Shown: piece by piece, positions 44,906 through 57,543 of the stretch
How positions within the stretch are numbered: position 1 is the first letter of the stretch
Layout of the letters: the number at the start of each line of letters is the position of its first letter
NCBI GenBank assembly: GCA_000165425.1
Contig: CT868485.1
Location: 124,001-188,000, forward strand
From: Paramecium tetraurelia
Taxonomy: Eukaryota
Direction of reading: 5' to 3'
Length of the DNA stretch: 64,000 nucleotides
Program-made: the position numbers and the translations under genes
The notes under the pieces: model-generated
Told to the model about the DNA's origin: nothing
Database searches by the model: none
Seen by the model: the letters and a program-made list of their open reading frames with translations, nothing else

Positions 44906-45790
44906 ATGAGAAATTTTGATTTTTATAACAATGCAACTTGGCAATAAGTCAAACCCAAAATTAAAGCCATCATTGAGTAATTTTAATAATAATCAAAGCC
45001 ATAAATTGAAGATCTTAAATCATTCTATCAAGATCTTGAATATGATCACTCTTTTATTTAATGGATGTTCCCTAACTTTTATGCAAGTAAATTCAACCCA
45101 AACTCTTACAAACTAACATTAGAAGAAAGAAATAGAATGATTAAGTCAGAAACTATCCGAAAGAGATTTTATAAAAACTATATATTAATTTTACGATTCT
45201 TTGGAATCTTATCAAAATCAAAGTAAGTTATCGTCATAGATTTACCTGATGATTCTAACGAAAGCAATTAATATTCCTAACTACAAACACAGACTATTTA
45301 AAAATAATAAAACCCAAAAGGTTTAGCTACTATAAGCGTATAAGAATCACAAAATAGTAACCAAAAATAAAGTGAAAACTCTAAGATCAAGTAAGCTACC
45401 TTGGATTAATTTATAAAATCTAATTAGCAAACTACTAAGGATGAATAATAATAAGAATTAGTATTAATTGATAAAAATTAATTTGAATTGTGTTGTTTAA
45501 GAAACACGCATAATTTATTGAGATTGAAGAGAATTCTGTCATCCTTGAGTGTGTTGAAACATAGAAAGGAAGCAATTCAACTTTGTTAGTTTTTGAAAAA
45601 AGAGTTGACGAATTTGGGACGGGAGAAAGTTTATTAGGAGTATTTTAGTGGGTTTGATAGATATGATGAGGAATTAACTCATAAGGAATTAAAAAAGAAG
45701 AAAGGGGAGAATCGATATTTCAATGCTTACAAGTTGCTTTATGTGGATGAAGATTTGGTTGAGAAAGTGGACATTTCAATAATTTAATGA
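44906..45790 (+). CDS. Opioid growth factor receptor (OGFr_N)-like protein
   Basis: LEYDHSFIQWMFP...FNPNSYKLT, YILILRFFG and HNLLRLKRILSSL match the OGFr conserved-region blocks. Confidence 0.75.
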
Positions 45791-45824
45791 TTTAATAAAT
45801 TAGGATAATGTTTTATGAAAATAA

Positions 45825-46575
45825 TCATTTTTTAGTTGATAAATTTGTATTAATTTTGGGGTTGACAGATTTAAATTTCTCCATTTTAAAGGGTTCCTTC
45901 TTTTCTACTCCTTGGATGGCTGCTAATTTTTTGTGATTGCTATCATGAAATAATTGGGATGCCTTATTGCCTTTGACTACTGAGGAAGTCATTTTGGAAT
46001 CCTTGGTTTTATGTTATTGTATATACTTGAGATCCAGCTCTATGTTGATATTTATCTAGGATGGTTGATTCAGCTTCAATGCCATAGGAGTTGCCCATAA
46101 CTAACTTCATGGGAGTGGATGGTCTAGATAGAGAGGATCAGTACCTGTTCTTGCGACCATAGCGAAATTCTTCTTCTGGCAATTCGATGGCCTGAATATT
46201 TGTACCCTTCTTTATTTGAAGTCTGGCATCGTGAGTCTGTCTATACTTGTACATATCCTGAATGAATAATTAGTGAATCAGTTACATGTGCTTTGACTGA
46301 GCCATTGTGGATAGATTGTTTATTGAGTTCAGCAAAATCTCTATTGGGTACTCTATCTTGAGACTCTTGATGAAATTTCCATGTCATGGTAACTTAGGTA
46401 AATTGAGGTTGTGATATATACCTTCTTTGGCTCCTTCTTTGTCTCTTGATAAGGGTTGTCCATAAATGAAGTCTTGATTAGGGAGGTTGTACGTAGATGG
46501 TTTGGATTTTCCTACATCATCCTTCATCAAGAGAGGGTTTGAATGGTTATGTGAAAAAGGAGGTGAAGTTTACAT
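45825..46575 (-). CDS. CFAP77-like (DUF4483) ciliary protein
   Basis: NPLLMKDDVGKSKPSTYNLP..DFIYG, EGAKE.TMTWKFH, RDFAELNK, RYGRKNR..TPM..VMGNSY and FKMEKFKSV. Confidence 0.75.
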
Positions 46576-46814
46576 ATATTATTTTATTTATTAATTATCT
46601 GTTTTATTTATCATTAGTATAATAAATAATGGAAGTAAATATATTATTATTATTTATATATATATATATTGTACAACAATTACATTATAATGATATTCGC
46701 TTATTCACAACACAATAATTCAGTTTATCACTTTTGGATTTGTCAATTGAGGAGAAATGAATGATTATTTTAATTAATTAAATAATAAAATATATATATA
46801 TATTAGAAGCAATA

Positions 46815-47569
46815 ATGAGTCAAGAGGAGATATGGGCTAAGTAAGAGGAAATGAATTTATAAGTTGAGGAGGGTGAGTAAAGAAGGAAGAATAAAAAAAG
46901 AGTAATTACAAATCCCAATTAATTAACAGGACATTGGAGTGAATAGGAACATAACACATATTTAGATTTCTTGAATATGCATAGAACAGTCATGGAATCA
47001 TAAGATTAAAAGAAAACTAGCAAGATCTTCAAATTGATGAGTGAAACTATTGGTACTCGAAGTCCCTCTCAATGCCGGTGAGATAAGTTTTTTCCTTATC
47101 TTATAGGTCTCATCACCAGAAGTTTAATCCTTTTGTGCATTCTGTAAAGAAGAGATAGAAGGGAGTGGCTCGAAAGAGAAAGGAGAACGGAAACTAGGAT
47201 AAAGTAGACAAATATAATGAGAATGGTATGTTGCAGCAATTTATGGTTGGGCCCCCATTTTATTAATAGTAACAGGGTTTTCAGGATTACTAATTTCAGT
47301 TTCCTTAGATGCCATACATGTTTCAGATGTTGGATCAGATGGGCAAAGATGAGGATAAAATAAATATATACGATCAATAATAGTTGTACTATTAGTAATA
47401 CTTGATGGCATAACAGTAATTGCAGCAGTAAATGGATGAGAAAAACCTGTTTTGTTATTTTATGTAGCCTCAATAGGTTCAGATGAATTTGAATTACTAT
47501 CCACCATAGGTGATATCTAATATATCAGATGAAATGAACATCAAAGATAATCAATTTGATGAATAATGA
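46815..47569 (+). CDS. Myb-like (SHAQKYF-class) DNA-binding protein
   Basis: TGHWSEQEH..YLDFL...IFKLMSETIGTRSPSQCR[intron]SHHQKF. Confidence 0.8.
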
Positions 47570-47618
47570 AATAGTTTTTAAATTTTATAGTTTGAGATAA
47601 TTCGTTTTTATTTTAATA

Positions 47619-48448
47619 ATGAAAATACAATTACTATTAGTTCTTCTAATAGCAGCCAATTCTCAGTCCTTTTTGGAAGAGTCAGCACTATATTACCAAA
47701 CTCCATTTGCTCCCATCATGATCCAACAAGATGGCTAATAATTGGAGATTGAAACAGCAATCGCTCCTGAATAAGAATATGTCTATGATCCAGAGTCAGT
47801 ATTATAATCAGCCAAAGAATAATAAATTTTGATTGCTAGAAATTATGAATAGAACTTACCTGCTAAAGGTGACTGCGTAATATTGTATTCCGAGTGCAAC
47901 TTTAGAGGTTCATCATTCAAGTATTGCAATAAACCAGATGAAGTCTTATCATTTTAACTCCCCATATAATCTGTGTATGTTCCCATTGGGTATTGATTCT
48001 ACTTATTAAAGATCCTCATTTTCAATGACTGACACCTAAGAGGGAAACACAATCAATATGTTAATGAGCAATAATTGCATTGCATCTGGTTTACATTTAC
48101 CAGAACCATAATTATAAGAAGTCCAAGACACTGGAAGCACTTGGTTCAGCGAATTGAAGGATTCTGAAAAGGCCATATTAGACGAAGGCGATTTATCAAC
48201 ACCAAAGATATAATTCTTTGATAACGATGGAAATGTGATTAGTAAATTGTCATATGATTATTCCATCAGGTAGAGAACAATATTAAAAAATGGTTGAAGA
48301 AGATGCCAAGAGATCCTACGAAATCTTGACTGGATAAGTTAATTTAGCATCTCCAGGAGAAGTAATAACATAGTAAACTGCAACCTCTAGCAATGTTGAA
48401 GAAATGCCAGCTGAAAAAGAAGCAAAGCAATAATCATAATAATAATGA
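47619..48448 (+). CDS. Secreted acidic protein with a beta/gamma-crystallin-like motif
   Basis: Signal peptide MKIQLLLVLLIAANS, then CVILYSECNFRGSSF...IQSVYVP. Confidence 0.65.
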
Positions 48449-48645
48449 TGGAATTATTATTCATTTTAGACAAAAATAATATTAATATTTTATATATATT
48501 TTTATTAACATTTATTATTATTATTTTATATTAGATTAGATTATCCAAATACTGTAGGCAGACATTTATTAACTTAAAATAATTAAGAATTTAATATAAC
48601 ACATTTATGTATATTAGTATTAAGATATCAAATCTTGTAAACTAT

Positions 48646-50386
48646 TCAAAACTATGAATATACATGTTACATACATCTTCACTGTTTATATCATCTGGCA
48701 GAATCTTGTCATGATGTTGCTGTTATTGTTAGAGCATCTATTGTTGTTTTAGATATTCGTGTTTCTAACTTTAAACAATTATAAATAATAATTACGCAGC
48801 CTATGCTAATTGCACATCCATCATATTGATTCTTAATTTGTCTTTGTTATTAGTCTTTCCCTTCAATTTCTAATTCTATTGTTATTAAGATGGTTATATG
48901 TTTTGTTGTTGTTGTTAGAATTACCTAATAGAATACTGATTAAATTAATTACTAAGCTTAGTTGAAATAGCAACTGACTTCCGTTGCCTACTCTTTTCCT
49001 AAATATCCGAAACTGCTTTCTTCTGAATCATTAACTCCTGTCAATTAATAAATAACTTCATACTTGAATCGTCAGCCAATAACGAATCGCATAAATCTAA
49101 TTATTTGTAACTAGTTTCGTATTTTTGAATTATCTTATCTGGTATCTATTATGATTATTATAATTGTTGTTATTAGTTGGTTTTCTAAGAATGCTTCTGT
49201 TATGGTAACATATCAATATTCAAATTTCCTTCAGTGTCATCTTGATTAACATTCTCTGCACTCTGGATAAATTATTCAAACATTCTATCAAATTTAAATG
49301 GAATAACACTTACTCTATTATCGAACTATCACCCACTCTTTTTAAAAACACCTTCATTAACTATTCTCTTTGCAACAATTTTTGTATGGCTTCGAATTGT
49401 CCTTATACGAGATACTTCAATTCTTGAGTTTCTATTTGGATAAATTAATTATACATACCCGATTCTAACAACTCATTTTCTTGATTGTTGTGATTCTATT
49501 TTTACAATTCCGAGATTTATTACTTCAATTAGGTTACCTAATCATTCATTTACGATTTGTTTTCTGATAATTATTCATTCTCCTGTTGCAAGATTTCTTG
49601 TTTCTTTTTGATTTACAACAAGACATTCTCCATCTTCTTCTTGTCCAATTGCAATTAATAAGATTATTGTAGGATCTGAATCTGTCTTTTGAAGAAATGG
49701 TCAATTTGAATGGCTTAGAAGGTGTCTTGAGTTGAGGAGGGCAGATTGAATTGTTGTTGAGATACTTATAGATTTGGTTCTTAGAATAGCACTACCACCA
49801 ATTGGTTGAGGATTTAGTTGAATTTGGTCATGAAGGCGAGTTCTTTGGCATCTTGAGGGAGATTTTGATCTCGTTCCTACAAGAGCAATTTGATCTTCTC
49901 TTTGACTTTTTGAATTTGAGATTGATCACTTGATACACTATTGCTATTGATTTTGTTTTTAACTGAATGATGGAAGGATGCATTTTTGGTTAGAGCAGGA
50001 GATTGTTGTTCAATATGTATCATGGATTGATTCTTACGTAACTTATGTGAGATCTTAACAGTTTCGATCAATTCGTTGTTGATGGAGTACTTTTATTTAG
50101 TGTTTTATTGTTGTTGTTGTCCACTGATCACATTCAAAATGCTGCTTAATTTTTGCTATGAAACTGGTTGGTTTATAAATGTCTTGTTGACTTTCTACAA
50201 ATTCTCATAGGACTTTTATCTTCCAACGACAGGACTATTGTTGTTTGAGATGTTTTGCGATTAACTTTCGATGTGATTCTTGGAGCCAGTTTTGGTTAAC
50301 TTCTTTTCCAGGATTTTGCCTTACAATTTTAACATCTAACTGGCATATATTTATTAAGCTATTCTTTCATTGTCACATTTCTTCAT
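48646..50386 (-). CDS. Hypothetical Gln-rich coiled-coil protein
   Basis: Starts MKKCDNERIAQQIYASQMLK with several small introns. The 3' end depends on an inferred 23-nt intron. Confidence 0.6.
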
Positions 50387-50405
50387 TATTATTAATAATC
50401 TAATC

Positions 50406-50893
50406 ATGCTCAAATAAGAGGATCAATATTACGCACAACAAGATCAACAAGAGAACTATAGGGAATACGAAAAGACGGCTCTTTCCATTTGTGAGTTGAA
50501 TTACAGACTCACTCAAATAGAAAACCAAAATCTTCAGGAATCCAGACAATAACATAATAGGATTGATGTTGACTTCAGAAAATATTTGAGTTCGTTCAGC
50601 ATCATCAAGAAGAAGGATAACAACATCACCTAGATTCAGAAGTAATTCAATCATCTATATCAAGAATCTTCAATCGACAATGTGGTGATTTTGATCTCAT
50701 CCTCCTCAATGAAGGTCGAGACAAGAAGGAATACAAGAAAATGCTCATCAAACTTCAGAGGATTCAGAAGAAGGCTTGGAATTTGAACCTCGACAAGAGA
50801 GAAGACATCAAATAAGTATGCAATGCTTATGAATTCCCAGACAAAATTTTAGATGAAATTGCTTAAGCCATAAAAAATCACAATAGAGAATGA
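50406..50893 (+). CDS. Hypothetical protein
   Basis: MLKQEDQYY...; a 23-nt intron at 50642-50664; ends IKNHNRE-TGA. Confidence 0.65.
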
Positions 50894-50918
50894 ATTGTAT
50901 TTTTAATTTATCAATATA

Positions 50919-52271
50919 TCATTATTCTTCAATCTTCAAATAGCTCTCCAATCTCAATTGTCTCATGATCAACTCACAATTTTATTGAACTCCCCAAATT
51001 TCAAATTCCAGTATCTTGAATTAATTTTGCTTCGAAAGTAGTTCATTACTAAATGTCGAACTGCTATTTAACTCCCCATTCAAGAAATTCTGATTGATCT
51101 TTATTGAAAACTGGTCCTCCTCCTCTGGACCCCCTACAATAAACCCGTCCTAATTGCAAAATTGAAAGAACTCATTCATCTTACTATTCTTATAAATTCT
51201 AAACCCATTGTTCTTAAAACTAAATATGAAGCTCTGTTCACTTCCATAATATTTCTTATCAATACGCCACCCCTCTTCCAAATAAGCCCCAAATATAACA
51301 TCCCAATCATCTTTAACAATTAGTAGATGTTCTTTCACATTTTTTGTTCTTCTCAAAAACTCCTAAAATGAATTGCCATGATACTTCGGACTATTTCATA
51401 TCAATGAGTATTTTACTTAAATACTTGGTACCATGGATTGTCGATCACATTCTATGGCAAATTAATTTGCAATTACTCAAAATGAGATTAGGAAATAATG
51501 CTACTTGGCTTATTGAGAGTTGTGGATCGAATTTGATACGTATCGTATTTGTGTTCTACATCTAATTTTTAGATAGATATGATATCGTAATATGTGACTT
51601 GGGATAAGCATCCCATCTAATTGGTTTTCTCTTGATGATGTTAATAGGAGTGAAGGATCTTTCGGAATGTCTTTTTGTTTGTTTGATAACGATTCAATTT
51701 TAAAATGTAATTCATCAGATGATGAACTTAGTCGCTTTGACATACAGATCTAATTTCTTGGTTGTTTGTCAACTGTTTTATTAGTTAAATGATATCATCT
51801 GGACATTTTTAATTTAACAATAAAGTTATTGATAAAACTGATGGTTTATTTTCATGATCCAAAACTGGCAATTCTATCCCAGTCTTACCAAATAGATAAA
51901 ACTAAACCCAATCATCTCTATTCTTAATTGAATAGATATCCTCCAATAGTATCGTAAACGAAAACTTTTATATTATCTCTTCATTAATATCTTTCGATTA
52001 TTTTGTCGTTGTTCTCACCAAGGTGTCAATAACATCGTTATTATTTGCAATGAACTATCTATTATTTCTATACACCATACATTTTGGTTTTATTGAATTC
52101 CAAATTCCCCTTTATTAAACCATAAGTAGTCCAATACTGACATTCAATCTGAAAAATTAAATCATTGTAAGCAAAAGGAGTAGGAATCACATAAAATTCA
52201 TCTATTTCTCTGTTTGCAGTGGCAAATTTCAAATCTACAGGATGTATTTATTTAAAAATAGGTGTTATCAT
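50919..52271 (-). CDS. TLDc-domain (OXR1-like) protein
   Basis: LLIVKDDWDVIFGAY, YYGSEQSFIFSF, NEFFQFCN, SSTFSNELL and FEIWG. Start inferred. Confidence 0.8.
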
Positions 52272-52305
52272 TATTTAATAAAACAAATATATTTTTATTC
52301 ACAAT

Positions 52306-54649
52306 TCATTGTGGTAGTTATGAGATTTGATCACTAATAAAATTTGAAATTGAATCTAGCTTTTTGGATTTCAATTTGTTTAACTACTAAATCAATAATA
52401 CTCTGTATTCATCCTTGTAAAAATTGGATTTAACAGATTCTTTAAGAAAATTATCCAAAACATTAATGTCCAAATACCCTTGCAATCCATCTTCAATATA
52501 ATTGTCAGGTATTTCAGCCTCCAATTTTTGAGGAACATCAAATGTCATCGGGATGACCTTTTCCAACACCTCCCTGATTAATTGTCTACTATTCATCTTA
52601 ACCTCCTGATATCGTAAATGCAAATAGAGGATAAGCTTCATGGGTGAAAAGTACTCAGCATTATCATCCGAACAAAAACTTTCAATATAAACAAGATCCT
52701 ATTCTGAGAATCTATTTTATAAATAAGTAGGAATACTTGTCAGTCAAAGCATAGATGATGGTTTTCAGATGTTTTTTATGGATCAGATCTATCCCCTCAA
52801 TTCCCAAATCAACCAATTCAACTTCTCGTGGATCATATTGGGCTTGTTGCATTCCTTTCTTTTAATATTTTTTGCATAGATCTATGATATCTACCATGAC
52901 TGGTCTCAATAAAAGCAAATGGTTCTTCTGTAAGGTGTGTTATAATGATTTTTTATTGATATATCTGAGCAACTCATAAAACTGATTGCTTGCCTAAATT
53001 AGCAATTGCTTTTGTTATTTAATGACATTGTAAGCGAAATCATAGTTTCTAATATACAAACTGAGGACAATGGTGTAATGATGGATAATGTTATTGCTAA
53101 TGTAGATGATGGAAATGCAGGTAGCTATGCAAACTATATTGCAAATGATAACAACATAGTATGCATAGGGTTGCCAATAATAGAAGTAGATATTCATGAC
53201 AAAGAACAGAGTGGTAGACAACTTAGTCAAAGAGGAAATAACAATACTGATGTAGCGTTTATTTGCAAATGGAAACAAGTCAGTTTGAATATCAACTGAT
53301 CGTTTAGGTAAGATATTTTCAAATATTGGTTCCATAAATGGAGGCACCACCTATAATTCATCTTCTAAGAGATTATCGTATTCTTTTTTGATTAAACATT
53401 TCTCTTTTATCATGATCAAGGTGTAATTGAGATTGATGATCTTGATGAACAAAATCAAACAATAGAGCATGCTAACAATTATGATGTTAATGAAATAGAG
53501 TAACACTATCATGAAGAGGAAATAGATTGTAAAGATGATGTATTGTTAGGTATCCCACACTGATATTTAGTAAATGACATCAGCACTTATATAGCCAAGA
53601 TAATTCGATAAATTAAAGGAACTATCCAGAACATTTGGACCCAAATATGGTGACATCTAGGATGTGAATTACAACTTAATCAACAAGTAATCCATACATT
53701 CTTCTGTATTTAATAATACATTCTGGATCTCAATTATCTCTTATTCTACTTCTTTGCTATTAAATTGTTATTGCTATTCCTTTTTTAGATTTAATTCATT
53801 CTTTTGTTGTTTATACAATTACACCAATTGATACTTGTTCAACCACTTTTTTTCCTGGTTTGACCAGATTTGCATTTGTTTATCGAACACAAAAATCTGG
53901 AGGAAGTGAATCAGATAATTCGATATAACAACCAATCCTCCAATTAGAAGGTAAGCATATATGTTGTATTTGTAGTTTTCTTCGTAATCCTTGATTTCTA
54001 TAAGTAGAATATCTTCCTTGGGCTTCTCTTGTTGATACTGATAATTCAACAGCCAAAAGTCAAAATAGTTATTATAATAAAGGGCAATGAAGATAACAAT
54101 GACAAACACACAATAAGTGGTTTCTAGTGATATTTTCCATAAGTATTCTCTATATATTCTGTGCAATGATTTAAAATACATTTCTCTCATTAGAATCAAG
54201 ACGCACAATGCAAATATGAGAGTTGCCAAAAGAGCCACCTTGTGTCTTTATGCTATTGGAGCAATGGATATCACATCCAAGATAGGTTCTCCTAACATAG
54301 CCTCTTCTTGAAGTTTCTTTCTTGGTAATTTGGCATTTGTTTAAGGTTTTTGTTCATCTGGAATCTCTTCGTATTTGGTTCTATAGGCAGATGGAGGGGG
54401 TGTATCGTGAATTTTGATAGTCTTCTAGACTGCACGTTCTTCTTATTCATACAAAATTTGGTTCATTCTAGTTTGATCTGAAAACTGATCTTCTGGCATT
54501 GTGTTTATAGCAGGTTTGGTCTATGTCTGTTGATCTAATTGCAATTGAGTTTTGAACTAAGCTGTATGATTCTGGAGATAATTGGCATCCAAATGGAGGG
54601 TAGTTAAATCGATTGCTTAAGCCAAATTAAATAACAATAAAATAATCAT
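52306..54649 (-). CDS. Signal-peptide multi-pass membrane protein, weakly MLO-like, with possible degenerate EF-hands at the C-terminus
   Basis: Starts MIILLLFNLAQA, followed by about 7 hydrophobic segments. MDYLLIKLQF...FNLSNYLGY resembles the MLO loop DY.TLR.GF...FDFHKY. Confidence 0.65.
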
Positions 54650-54671
54650 TGCCTATAATAAAAACGTATAT

Positions 54672-55960
54672 TCAATTATTAAGATTCTGGAGACTGCTTT
54701 GTATATAATGATGTGCTTCTTTGATAGATACAAATCTCTTAGTTTGTTTCATTATTTTATTAGTCACTGTGAAATTAGTTTGATCATGGATAATAAGAGA
54801 TAATTTAGCATGATCATATTCTAATTCTCCCCTTTTCTCTCCTCTAAACGTAAATCCTTGGAGTCTCAAATAAGTGTGAAAATCATTCTCAATAGGTTGT
54901 TTGCGATTCTTCTGTATTTGATACTATTCGAATTCCCTCAATATCTAAACAACCCATTGTTCATTCTCTCGACTGTATATGTCCTTCTACACCAACTCCT
55001 TCAACAATTTCTTATACTCAATATTCTGACTCTGAAATAACTTATAAACGACCTGTCTTATTGCCTCTCTCAAATTTCCATGTTCATAATACTTCTATAA
55101 GATTTCATTTGCTAATTTATTATGGTCAATATTAGTTTTGGGATCATATTTTTCAAATAGAATCTTATCCTTTTCAATGTAAAGTTAATAGAATTGAGTG
55201 AATATTTCCAATGAATAAACAATATTGCATAGTTCTCTGACAATGATATCTATCACCTTTTTCATGATATTATAGAAAGTCCCCTGCGCTTCCTGGATAT
55301 CAAATAGTTAATCAAACATCTTCTTATAGAAATTTTGAATTGTCAAAAACTCAGTTTAAATAACTACAGTCTAATCTAGAGTCTCTACCTTCTTAAGATA
55401 AATGTCAAATAGAAATGAGCGAACTTTTTATCTATATTTTTCATCCAATGATAATATGAATTTGCTACATATCAATTTACTGATTGTCATCCTAAACCTG
55501 TTCCTCACAACCACCTAGGCTAGTCCTTTATTCTACTATACATTAATTGTTAATACAGAATTGAAATATATCTCGTAATTGAATAATAGTTCATCAACAA
55601 ACGTGATATCAAACATTGTTGGTTCCAATAAGACTTTCAAAATGAATTCCTAAACATCCTTTATTTCTTACAAATTCAACTCACAAATATCCTTAATTGG
55701 AGTTTTCTATATGAATCCAAACCAAGTATCACGAATGAGTTGTCTGAATTCAGTTTCTTTTTATGCCCTTTGATTAATCTATGAAATTTAACTAATGAAT
55801 GAATTCCTGAAACTATCTCCCAATTACAAATGTTAGACCATTTGTTCATAAAACCTAGAAGTATGGATTGTTGTTACATTTTCTGTACTTGCTCACAGTT
55901 TTAGGGTAGATAATAATTGTATTTGTTCAAGTATTCGAAGACCTTGGCTGTAGGCTTCAT
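54672..55960 (-). CDS. Hypothetical protein
   Basis: MKPTAKVFEYLNKYNYYLP... with small introns, ending SSLQNLNN-TGA. Confidence 0.65.
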
Positions 55961-56072
55961 TTATAATAAATAATTGCAATATTTATAGATGATTTTTCAA
56001 TAGGAAGACAGAAAAGAGAAACACAAGAGACAACCCTCTATAATTATTAGATAATATGGTGTGATATGTTAA

Positions 56073-56644
56073 TCATTGTTCTTATTCTGAAAGAGCAGTA
56101 CCTTCAAGAGCCTAAGATTATTGTTCTGCCTTTGTCTCTTGTTCTAATTGGTCTTCTCTAATGATGTTATCCAAATCAGTTTATAATTTGATCATGGCAG
56201 GACCCTTTTCAATTTCTTAGGTCATTTGCAAATAAGCATTGTAGAATTGTTTTGGTAAATGATCACCTGAATCCTATTCAAGGACATTTCCATTGATATC
56301 AGTTACAGTGTATGAGCACACTCCAGCATTATTGGATAAATCAGTGACTTGGCCCACAACTCCAGGAACGTATTGTTCATTGGTTTGGACTAATGAGGCA
56401 TGTTTCTTGGCTTATTTATCATGTTTGGTCTCTTCTGTGGTTATCTATGCCCAATGTTCTATTTAAATGATGAGATCGTACGAGCTTCCTTAGGGTTAAG
56501 GTGATAATCAGAATCTCCCAAATTCACGAATTCCATGAAGGCACTATTGAAGACTCTCTTCTAATGAACTGATCCATGAGACTTTCTGACATGTCCAGCT
56601 TGAGTTGCTATAAGTAAAGCACAAAGAAGAAGGGATTTATACAT
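56073..56644 (-). CDS. Small secreted acidic protein
   Basis: Signal peptide MYKSLLLCALLIATQA, one small intron, ends ALSEQEQ-TGA. Confidence 0.75.
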
Positions 56645-56716
56645 TTCAATGATAATAATAATAATCGTTTTTGAACTTTTAGCATATCGTTCAATTATTT
56701 TAATTATTAAACAAAT

Positions 56717-57352
56717 TCAACTTTATGGATCCTTGGCTGTTAACACAAACAAGCTCATCAAACCAATCATCACGAATTTGAAGTAAGGATAGTCATTCAG
56801 ATATATAGTGATGTGTCCAACATAAGGCAAAAATCTAAAAATAACTAATCAATCTAAACCCTTATATTTTCCCCATGATGTCTGATCGCTTCAGCCACAT
56901 CTGATTTTTTGGATATAAGGCTCTATCATCAACTTGATTATTATCTCCTTTGGTTAATATCAACTAATCCAAAGGATCCTCACTCCTATTCACTATACTA
57001 TCTGAATTTCTTACTATTTATGAATTTGTAATACTCTATGCACTATTGGAATTTCTTGATCTTTGAGCTTATAAACAATCACATCTCCCACCTCAAATGG
57101 CTTGTTGAAGTAAGTCAAGAATAGTATATCACCTCTACCATATGCAGGCACCATTGAATCAGATAACACAACAACCACTGGACATTCTGAAAGTGACACG
57201 ACTTATAAACTTTTCCAAATTGACAATGCCGATCCTATTACTATTGCCAAAGACACTAATTGTAATATTTTCTGCATATATATCCTATATTATTATACCG
57301 TTCTAAATTTCATGTGTCTAAATTCATCCACGTAGCCAAGTATGACTTCCAT
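56717..57352 (-). CDS. SEC11: Signal peptidase complex catalytic subunit SEC11 (S26B)
   Basis: [35 protein letters not shown] and PYVGHITI. Confidence 0.95.
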
Positions 57353-57543
57353 AATTTTATAATTCTTAATAAATTTAAATTTAATTGCAAATTTGTACTT
57401 TAAATGCTTAAATGTTCTCTTCAGGTGGTAACGTAATTTTTGAATACATTGTCATTAGTATTAATTTTATATTAAAAAGATAAGAACTAATTCACATTAT
57501 AAAATGATATACAATAAGAATTTTATTGAATAAATAAATATAA

